Source: an uncultured Oscillospiraceae bacterium (GTDB lineage: Bacteria; Bacillota; Clostridia; UBA1381). Taken from it: a stretch of 28,476 nucleotides of DNA. The notes under the pieces are model-generated. The model made no database searches, had not been told where the DNA came from, and was given only the letters and a program-made list of their open reading frames with translations. Made by a program: the position numbers and the translations under genes. This document shows positions 8,693-16,122 of this stretch, piece by piece (position 1 is the first letter of the stretch; each line of letters opens with the position of its first letter). The DNA lies in NCBI GenBank assembly GCA_946531785.1, contig CAMNAT010000001.1:1-28476 (forward strand). The letters run 5' to 3'.

Positions 8693-9226
8693 ATGAACAG
8701 CGCATATATCTATCTTCAAATATACAGATTGTTTGACAAGAGCACTCCGCTCCCGCTCGACTGCGGGCGCTATTGCAGCGAGGCGTGCTGCAAGGGCGAC
8801 AGTGAATCGGGCATGTACCTTTTCCCCGGCGAAAAGGCTGTTTTTGACATGGTGTGTCCTGACGGATGGAGAATAACCGATTCCGAGCTTACCTACAGCT
8901 ATAACGGAAAGGAGCGAAAAACTCCCATCCTGATCTGTGACGGAAGCTGCGACAGATATTTCCGTCCGCTTGCATGCCGGATATTCCCGCTGACGCCGAT
9001 CCTCGACAATGAGGGGCATATAAAGATCATTATTGATCCGCGCGCAAGATCGGTATGTCCGCTTGCAAACACATTCGATAAAGACGAATTCGATAAGGAC
9101 TTTACCGAGTCTGTAAAAAAAGCCTTCATATTGCTCTCAAAAAACAAGCATGTCTATGAATTTTTGAAGACCTATACAGAATATATAGAAGAATACAACA
9201 GATTTTTTAAAGATCTGAGAGGGTGA
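8693..9226 (+). CDS. YkgJ-like cysteine-cluster protein (putative Zn/Fe-S binding)
   Basis: Cys pattern DCGRYCSEACC...CDGSCDRYFRPLACRIFP...VCP. ATG 8693 has GAGG upstream; GTG 8654 is an alternative. Confidence 0.6.
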   Translation: MNSAYIYLQIYRLFDKSTPLPLDCGRYCSEACCKGDSESGMYLFPGEKAVFDMVCPDGWRITDSELTYSYNGKERKTPILICDGSCDRYFRPLACRIFPLTPILDNEGHIKIIIDPRARSVCPLANTFDKDEFDKDFTESVKKAFILLSKNKHVYEFLKTYTEYIEEYNRFFKDLRG

Positions 9227-11028
9227 CATACTACATGGATTTAGAAATAAATAACAACAAAGAGCCGGAGGGCTCAGATCAAGATAAAGATGTCGGCAGG
9301 GATCCGGCGCGCCCATCGCGCACTGAATTTATGCAGGCAGCCGCAGAAAATCTCGTTGCGGCAACAGAAGAAAATCCGTTCTCGGAGCTTGATGATGACG
9401 ACTTCATTCCCGATGAGAACGCGTATAAGGAGACAGAACAAGACATTGAAGAGACCAAAGATGACAGTCTGGAGTCAAAGACTATGAGCGCGGCAAAAAG
9501 AAGTCCCGCAAAAAAGAGAAAAACGACAAAGAAAAAGAACAGCTTCAAAAAGTTTTCCGCAAAGCATAAAACGGCTATGAAGCGCGTTTATATGGGCTTA
9601 GGCGCGGTATTCTGCATCATCTTCGGAATATATATATACGCATGCATAACTGCTCCGACAGACAGGATGGGCAGAAATGTATATATTGAAAATGTAAATG
9701 TCAGCAATATGACATTTAACGAGGCAGTGTCTGCCGTAAAAAAGGAAGAGCTTTTGCAGACACAGAATATCGTTTTAAGATGCGGCGGGCAGAAGTTTGA
9801 GATAGGCGGCGCAGAGCTTGGTATGACAGCCAAGATCGAGGATACCGTAGACAAAGCGATGCGATTTGGTAAAACAGATAATGTGTTCATAAACGGCTTT
9901 GCAAATATGCTGCAGATGATAAGCCCGCACAAGGTCATGCCGAACGCGAATATAGATGAGACAGTGCTGCGCGAAAAGCTCAGGCAATTCGGCGTGCAGA
10001 TATACGGTGAGCTGCAGGAGCATGTTCTTGAGATAGGTGATGGCGTTGTGGTCGCAACTCCCGGACATACCGGCTTCGACACAAGTGAGGGCTCCACAGC
10101 CTGCGATAAAGCCGCCGGCGAGGTGCTTAACGCTATCAGCTCCGGAGAATCATACCATAACATCAGCGTGACACTTGAAAAGACCGCGCCGAGGGATTGT
10201 ACAGCAGACGATATCAAGAGCTTTGCAGACAAGGATCCCGAGGATGCCAAATATGCACTTGAAAACAACGAGATCTCTATAGTTCCCAATGCTGACGGAC
10301 GCGTTGTAGACGCGGCACAGGCGGCAGATCTTGTAAAAGGACTCAAGGAGGGCGGCGAGGTAGTTTATATCCCGTTCAGCTCCACTCCGGCATCGGTTAC
10401 CGTTGACACACTTCGCGAAAAGCTCTTTAACGCGACAATAGGCTCATATTCGACAAACTACGGATCCTCGAGTGCAAACCGCTGCGAAAATGTCGCAAGG
10501 GCGGCAAGCAAGATCAACGGCAAGATACTTCTGCCGGGAGATGTGTTCTCATTCAACGCCACAGTAGGGCCTCGTTCAAAGGCTAACGGCTTCTACCCCG
10601 CTCAGGAATATCTGAACGGAGAAACGGTCGAGGGTATCGGCGGCGGTACGTGCCAGGTAAGCTCGACATTATACAATGCCTGCATATATGCCGATCTTTC
10701 GATAATCACGAGAACAAACCACATGTTCCCTGTCGGCTATTGTCCGCTCGGTCAGGATGCAACTGTAGCGGATACAGGTGTTGACTATAAATTTGTAAAC
10801 AGCATGGATTATCCGATAAAGATATCGGCAACCACCAGCGGATACAGGATAACGGTCAGCATCATCGGTACTCAGCGCGACGATCCCCGATCGGTAAAGA
10901 TCGTCAATACCGTTACCCGCGAGGGCGAGGATACAAGAGTTCAGACCAAGCGTGAGGTCTACAACAGCGCCGGTGAGCTTATAAGCACGGATCAGCTTCC
11001 GGCAAGCTACTATAAGCCGCACCACTAA
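9223..11028 (+). CDS. VanW-domain envelope protein: acidic cytoplasmic N-terminus, one TM segment, PG-binding-4-like region, VanW domain
   Basis: VanW motifs R.ENVARAASKING..LLPG.VFSFNATVGPR, GIGGGTCQVSSTLYNA, RTNH...GQDATV and DYKFVN. GTG start overlaps the upstream stop (GTGA); ATG 9235 is possible. Confidence 0.9.
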   Translation: MTYYMDLEINNNKEPEGSDQDKDVGRDPARPSRTEFMQAAAENLVAATEENPFSELDDDDFIPDENAYKETEQDIEETKDDSLESKTMSAAKRSPAKKRKTTKKKNSFKKFSAKHKTAMKRVYMGLGAVFCIIFGIYIYACITAPTDRMGRNVYIENVNVSNMTFNEAVSAVKKEELLQTQNIVLRCGGQKFEIGGAELGMTAKIEDTVDKAMRFGKTDNVFINGFANMLQMISPHKVMPNANIDETVLREKLRQFGVQIYGELQEHVLEIGDGVVVATPGHTGFDTSEGSTACDKAAGEVLNAISSGESYHNISVTLEKTAPRDCTADDIKSFADKDPEDAKYALENNEISIVPNADGRVVDAAQAADLVKGLKEGGEVVYIPFSSTPASVTVDTLREKLFNATIGSYSTNYGSSSANRCENVARAASKINGKILLPGDVFSFNATVGPRSKANGFYPAQEYLNGETVEGIGGGTCQVSSTLYNACIYADLSIITRTNHMFPVGYCPLGQDATVADTGVDYKFVNSMDYPIKISATTSGYRITVSIIGTQRDDPRSVKIVNTVTREGEDTRVQTKREVYNSAGELISTDQLPASYYKPHH

Positions 11029-11038
11029 ATGACACATG

Positions 11039-11075
11039 CGGGATGTAAAAACCGGGTTTTTACATCCCGTTATTT
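11039..11075 (+). terminator. Hairpin/terminator after the VanW gene
   Basis: Stem CGGGATGTAAAAAC / GTTTTTACATCCCG (11039-11069), followed by a weak TTATTT tract. Confidence 0.7.
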
Positions 11076-11091
11076 ATAGGAGAAAATCGCT

Positions 11092-12402
11092 ATGCAGAAT
11101 ATAGACGGCATGATAATTAATAATGAGATCACCCCGGACAGACTTAAAAGCTCTGTCGGAGAAGACGCTGCCTTCCACGCATGTGTGCATAAGATACGAA
11201 GCGCGTCGGGCTTTTCGTTTGTAATGGTACGCACGGGCAGATACATCATCCAGACAGTACATGATGCGAAAATGTGCGGAAAGGGACTTGATAAGCTAAA
11301 AGAGGGCATGTATATAGAGCTTTGCGGCACGGTAAAGGAAGAGCCGCGCTCAGAGCTCGGAGTTGAGATAGTACTTAAAGACTTTACACTCATTTCCCGC
11401 CCTGCGGCAGAAATGCCGCTGCATGTTTCAGACAACGCTTTGGGCTGCAGTTTAGATACGAGCCTGGCTCACCGCACCGCCGCGCTGCGCCATCCGAAGG
11501 AAAGAGCCGTTTTCAGGATATCGGAGGGTGTTGTAAACGCATTCAGGGAGCTCATGCAAGAAAACGCTTTCACTGAGATACATACACCAAGGATAACATC
11601 ATATCCGACCGAGGGTATCAAGGGAGCTTTTCCGATGAAGTATTTCGGCGATGATGCATTTTTATCGCAGAGCCCGCAGCTGTATAAGCAGATCTGTATC
11701 GCCTTCTTTGACCGCGTGTTTGAGGTCGGCCATGCTTTCTGCGCAGAAAAGCACAACAGCGCGCGGCATCTGAATGAGTTCATATCGCTCGATCTGGAAA
11801 TGGGATATGCCAAAAGCATTTCAGATATTATGTCAACTCAAACAGCTGTCATTAAATACATCATCGCATATCTCAATGAACATTACAGCTATGAGCTTGC
11901 GCTTCTCAGTGCAAGCCTGCCGGAGGTCACAAGCATACCATCCGTCACATTTTATGAGGCTTTAGATATACTTAAAAAGCCTCACGAGCAAGTCGATCTT
12001 GATCCGACAGATGATGTAAAGATATCAGAATACGCAAAAAAAGAGTATGGGAGCGAGTTTTTGTTCATCACTCACTTCCCCGCCGTAAAGCGTCCGTTTT
12101 ATATAGCCGATTCAACGGACGATCCGGCACTTACGGAGAGCTTTGATCTGCTTTTCCGCGGAATGGAGATAGCCTCGGGCGGACAGCGGATACATACTTA
12201 TGCCGAGCAGCTTGCAAAGCTTGAGCGCTCCGGCATTGACTCCGAGGAGCTTGAATGGTTTCTTTCATCCCTGAAATACGGTATGCCGCCGCACGGCGGC
12301 TTCGGGATGGGACTTGAGCGATTTGTAATGAAGCTGCTTGATCTTGAAAACATCCGTCAGGCATCGCTTTTCCCGCGCGATATGCACCATCTTATCCCAT
12401 AA
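11092..12402 (+). CDS. aspS: Short archaeal-type aspartyl-tRNA synthetase (aspartate--tRNA(Asp/Asn) ligase-like) with a variant motif 2
   Basis: 436 aa with an N-terminal OB fold and no GAD insertion. Motifs LSQSPQLYKQ, RHLNEFISLDLEM, DLLFRGMEIASGGQRIH and GMPPHGGFGMGLER...LFPRD. AGGAGA RBS. Confidence 0.88.
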   Translation: MQNIDGMIINNEITPDRLKSSVGEDAAFHACVHKIRSASGFSFVMVRTGRYIIQTVHDAKMCGKGLDKLKEGMYIELCGTVKEEPRSELGVEIVLKDFTLISRPAAEMPLHVSDNALGCSLDTSLAHRTAALRHPKERAVFRISEGVVNAFRELMQENAFTEIHTPRITSYPTEGIKGAFPMKYFGDDAFLSQSPQLYKQICIAFFDRVFEVGHAFCAEKHNSARHLNEFISLDLEMGYAKSISDIMSTQTAVIKYIIAYLNEHYSYELALLSASLPEVTSIPSVTFYEALDILKKPHEQVDLDPTDDVKISEYAKKEYGSEFLFITHFPAVKRPFYIADSTDDPALTESFDLLFRGMEIASGGQRIHTYAEQLAKLERSGIDSEELEWFLSSLKYGMPPHGGFGMGLERFVMKLLDLENIRQASLFPRDMHHLIP

Positions 12403-12418
12403 ACACATCTTGCTTTTC

Positions 12419-12447
12419 AAGCCGCAGCATCAGTTGCGGCTTTCTCA
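12419..12447 (+). terminator. Probable intrinsic terminator after aspS
   Basis: Stem AAGCCGCAGC / GTTGCGGCTT (one G-U pair), followed by an imperfect T-rich tail. Confidence 0.6.
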
Positions 12448-12509
12448 TATTTACAGCAATATCCGCAAACATCTCAGCAACATATGCAATTCCTTTTTTT
12501 ATACACTTA

Positions 12510-12518
12510 TGTTACAAT
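12510..12518 (+). promoter_or_regulatory. Extended -10 element of the probable GH2 promoter (no good -35)
   Basis: TG-T-TACAAT; the hexamer 17 nt upstream (TTCCTT) is a poor -35. Confidence 0.4.
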
Positions 12519-12583
12519 TATATTAAATAAAAATGTCTTTTTGTGCAATAATCACAGAAAGAACAGAGAGGAGACGAAAATCT

Positions 12584-15500
12584 ATGAAAAGAAAAGGCTT
12601 TGCTTTTCTCGCGGCAGTGATCGCTTCGCAATTATTGCTGTCGGGAGCTGCAACGGTCAGTGTTTCGGCTGAGAGCGATGGTATCGGCGAGGCTTATACC
12701 GCGCCGGAAAGCCCCGCGGTGACCTACAACATGAACCTTGACTGGAAGTTCTATGACACTCATTCAGACAAGGAAATATGGTCGGCTATGGCTATGGCTG
12801 ACAAGGACGGCAAGAAGTTCTATGAGGTCGGTTATGACGACAGCGAATGGGAGACCGTCAGCATCCCCCACGGCATCGGCGGCGGCACAAATTCATTCAC
12901 CAATGCCAATACCGACGCGGGCGGCGGCTACAGAAGCGTGCTGCTCTACAGAAAGACATTTACCGTACCGGCATCGGCAAAGGGCGGCAAGGTGTTCTTT
13001 GAGCTTGAGGGCATCCGTCAGGCGGCATATGTTTGGGTGAACGGCGAGAAGGTCGGCTACTATGAGGCAGGCATCGCCGCAATGGGCTTTGACCTCACCA
13101 ACTATGTAACTCCCGGCGAAGAGGCTGTTATCGCTATCTTAAATGACGGTACCACAGCCCGCGGCACGACAGGCAGGATACCGTACGAGACCATACCCGG
13201 TGATGAATGGGGTTCAAGCTACACTCCGGATAACTATAAGCATCAAAGCAAGGATGTTGTCGGAGCACAGTATCAGTGGAACACAAAGGACTTTAACGAG
13301 CCGCAGATAGGTCTCGAATACGACGCATATCTGCATGTTAAGGGCAATGTGTACCAGACACTTCCGCTCTATAACAACCTCAAAACAACAGGTAACTATA
13401 TCTATGCGGACAACTTCGACATCCGCTCAAAGAAGGCTACCATACATGTTGACGCTGAGGTAAGGAACGAGTCTGACACGGACGGCAATTATACATTAGA
13501 GGTAAACGTTGTCGATATGGACGGCAACCTCAAATATAACTTTGAGAGTTCTGCAGCAGAGGTCAAAAAGGCATCTGATAAGGGTGTTGTATACCAGACA
13601 GCAGTAGAAAGCGATGTATACAATGAGGATAAGCTCACAAACTACACAGGCATCACAGATGTAGTTACCCCTGATGTTACATACATAAATGCGAGCTTCG
13701 ACGCAGAAGATATGCGCTTCTGGTCAACAGAAGATCCGTATCTTTACACCGTTTATACAGTATTGAAGGACGGTGACGGAAAGGTTGTCGATGTACAGAA
13801 GAAGGACACCGGCTTCAGAAAGATCACCTTCGATCAGAACAGCGGTATCATGATAAATGACAAGTCCGTATGGATGCCGGGTTACGCTCAGCGTTCAACA
13901 AATGAGTGGGCAGTTTTAGGTGTCTCCCCCGACTGGCTCGAGGACTATGACATGGCACTCTTAAAGGAGAACAACTCCAACTTCATCCGCTGGATGCACG
14001 TTGCCCCGAAGCCGTTTGAGGTACGCTCATCTGACCGCTACGGCGTGGCAGTCGTATGCCCCGCAGGTGATAAGGAGGGCGCATCCTCAGGCAGACAGTG
14101 GACACAGAGAACAGAGGCTATGCGCGATGTTATGATCTATTTCAGAAACAGCCCGTCAGTTGTATTCTGGGAGACCGGTAACTCCGCTGTGGGCGACGCT
14201 GCAAGAGCAAACGACATGGCGCGCATCCGCGACAAGGTTGACCCGCACGGAATGAGATTTACAGGCGCGCGTTCAACACAGGCGGCAGATCAGCTCAATT
14301 TTGACTACAACTATGCCGGAACAATGTACGGCAACTACGGTGCAAACGCAGTCAACGCAATGAAGTCAAACGGCATAATGGGTCCGATCATGGAAACAGA
14401 GTATGCCCGCGACGAGGCACCGAGGCGTGTATGGGATAAGTTCTCTCCACCGGACTTTGACTATGTAAACAAGTTCATATCCAAGGGCGGTAAGCTCGAC
14501 GGCTACGATGTATGGAACAAATCACAGGAAGAAGCATCTGTAGACAACGTAAGAGAATACAACGGCTACTATTCAAACCGTAACGGCTACGGCTCAAGCA
14601 TATATTCAGCGGCGGCAATGATGGTATGGTCAGACTCGAACATGCATACAAGAAATACCGCAACAGAGAACTGCCGTACAACAGGACGCGTTGATCCGGT
14701 TCGCCAGACTAAGGAAATGTTTGAGGCGACAAAGGCGGCGCAGTCATCGGAGTCAGCGATCCACATTATCGGTCACTGGTCATATCCGGAGCTTACAGAT
14801 GACACATACAACTACTACGGCACAAACCAGGTAGCGGTTGACGGCTCACACTCATATGAAGCGTATGACATGACAAAGAAGTATAAGAGAGACCCGATCC
14901 ATAAGACAGTATATGTTATAGGCTCGGCGGATATCTCAAAGGTAGAGCTGTACCGCATTGACGGCTCAGATGAAACCCTTCTCGGCACAGATGATGCGGC
15001 TGAGGCAAACTTCATCTATCAGTTCGATAATATAGATGTCACAAAGGGTGACGGCGTTATTGCAAAGGCATATGACGCACGCGGCACAGAGGTGGCAAGA
15101 GACGAGATCGCGCGTACATATGATGCGGTATCATTAAGGCTCACGCCGCACACCGCAGTTAAGGAGGATGCTGACGGCAATACAGTTACCGACTGGAGAG
15201 CGGATGGCGCGGATATAGCGTACTTCGATGTTGAGGTGGTTGATAAGAACGGTAACGTATGCGCTCTTAACTATGACAAGATAAACTTCACCTACAGCGG
15301 CAACGGAACATATCTTGGCGGCTACAACTCAGGTTCAGGCGCGGGCTGCTTCCAGAACTCATCCGATACGACAGGTCTTTCCTTCTACTTCGGCGGAGCA
15401 AAGGACGGCGTGAGCACGATCGGCAAGGATTATGTGTATGCTGAGAACGGCACGAACAGAATATTCGTTCGCTCAACAAGAACAGCCGGCGACTTCACGC

Positions 15501-15985
15501 TCAGCGCATCAATGGACGGTATGCTCCCGGTATCGGCAACTATCTCATCAGAGCCGGTAGCAGTTGAGGGCGGTCTGACACTCGCTATGCCGTCAGTATT
15601 GAAGCCCGGCGCATCAGCAGCACCGGTGACATCAAATGTCGCTCCCATGAAGCCGCTCATGCTCAAAAAGCTTATTATCGACTGGGCAAAGGTAAAGACT
15701 GTAACTGAGCAGGATACAACAGATTATTATGATGTATACCTCGGCGATACAAAGCTTGAGCTCAGTGCAAGAGCATACAAGGGCACAATGGACAACATGT
15801 TCGGTCCGGCTTATGAGATACTCACAGCAGCTAAGAACGCGGGTATAACAGGCTTTGATGTTGCAATGGTCAATGATGACGGTGTTGACACACTCGTTAT
15901 CACAGCTCCTGACAGCACGACATATCACTACCCTGTTAACAGCAACCAATATTTCATTGGCGGCAATAAGTCAAACACAAATTAG
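12584..15985 (+). CDS. Secreted glycoside hydrolase family 2 (sugar-binding, Ig, TIM-barrel and DUF4982-like domains) with a truncated C-terminal copper-amine-oxidase-N-like domain
   Basis: Signal peptide MKRKGFAFLAAVIASQLLLSG..., GH2 motifs NMNLDWKF, LYRKTF, FELEGIRQAAYVWVNG, NSNFIRWMH, RNSPSVVFWETGN and METEY, and HIIGHWSYP. GAGGAG RBS before ATG 12584. The frame continues past the TAG to TAA 16108 (see findings). Confidence 0.88.
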   Translation: MKRKGFAFLAAVIASQLLLSGAATVSVSAESDGIGEAYTAPESPAVTYNMNLDWKFYDTHSDKEIWSAMAMADKDGKKFYEVGYDDSEWETVSIPHGIGGGTNSFTNANTDAGGGYRSVLLYRKTFTVPASAKGGKVFFELEGIRQAAYVWVNGEKVGYYEAGIAAMGFDLTNYVTPGEEAVIAILNDGTTARGTTGRIPYETIPGDEWGSSYTPDNYKHQSKDVVGAQYQWNTKDFNEPQIGLEYDAYLHVKGNVYQTLPLYNNLKTTGNYIYADNFDIRSKKATIHVDAEVRNESDTDGNYTLEVNVVDMDGNLKYNFESSAAEVKKASDKGVVYQTAVESDVYNEDKLTNYTGITDVVTPDVTYINASFDAEDMRFWSTEDPYLYTVYTVLKDGDGKVVDVQKKDTGFRKITFDQNSGIMINDKSVWMPGYAQRSTNEWAVLGVSPDWLEDYDMALLKENNSNFIRWMHVAPKPFEVRSSDRYGVAVVCPAGDKEGASSGRQWTQRTEAMRDVMIYFRNSPSVVFWETGNSAVGDAARANDMARIRDKVDPHGMRFTGARSTQAADQLNFDYNYAGTMYGNYGANAVNAMKSNGIMGPIMETEYARDEAPRRVWDKFSPPDFDYVNKFISKGGKLDGYDVWNKSQEEASVDNVREYNGYYSNRNGYGSSIYSAAAMMVWSDSNMHTRNTATENCRTTGRVDPVRQTKEMFEATKAAQSSESAIHIIGHWSYPELTDDTYNYYGTNQVAVDGSHSYEAYDMTKKYKRDPIHKTVYVIGSADISKVELYRIDGSDETLLGTDDAAEANFIYQFDNIDVTKGDGVIAKAYDARGTEVARDEIARTYDAVSLRLTPHTAVKEDADGNTVTDWRADGADIAYFDVEVVDKNGNVCALNYDKINFTYSGNGTYLGGYNSGSGAGCFQNSSDTTGLSFYFGGAKDGVSTIGKDYVYAENGTNRIFVRSTRTAGDFTLSASMDGMLPVSATISSEPVAVEGGLTLAMPSVLKPGASAAPVTSNVAPMKPLMLKKLIIDWAKVKTVTEQDTTDYYDVYLGDTKLELSARAYKGTMDNMFGPAYEILTAAKNAGITGFDVAMVNDDGVDTLVITAPDSTTYHYPVNSNQYFIGGNKSNTN

Positions 15986-16122
15986 TGCGTTGACTCAACA
16001 GTTATGAAGGACGGCGTGCTGATAGCCAACCTCACACAGACGCTCGGATGGGCAGGTCTTGATGTAACATACAATGATACTGCCAAGACCCTGACTATAA
16101 ATAAATAAGGAGGTACGGGAAA

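Noticed and set aside
9588-10346. 252-aa antisense ORF opposite the VanW gene
   Set aside because: Ser/Ala-rich shadow translation with no RBS or motif; it lies fully antisense to a well-supported gene.
9223-11028. Vancomycin-resistance cluster suggested by the VanW domain
   Set aside because: No vanH/A/B/X/Y/R/S genes are present; VanW domains are widespread housekeeping envelope domains in Firmicutes.
12542-12556. TGTG-N7-CACA palindrome downstream of the GH2 -10
   Set aside because: The spacing is one base short of a CRP/FNR-type box and there is no second copy; too weak to call.
15983-15985. Genome-wide TAG reassignment or pyrrolysine use as the main explanation
   Set aside because: Only one in-frame TAG was seen, and there are no pyl genes or suppressor tRNA in the window. 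It is kept only as a minor alternative.
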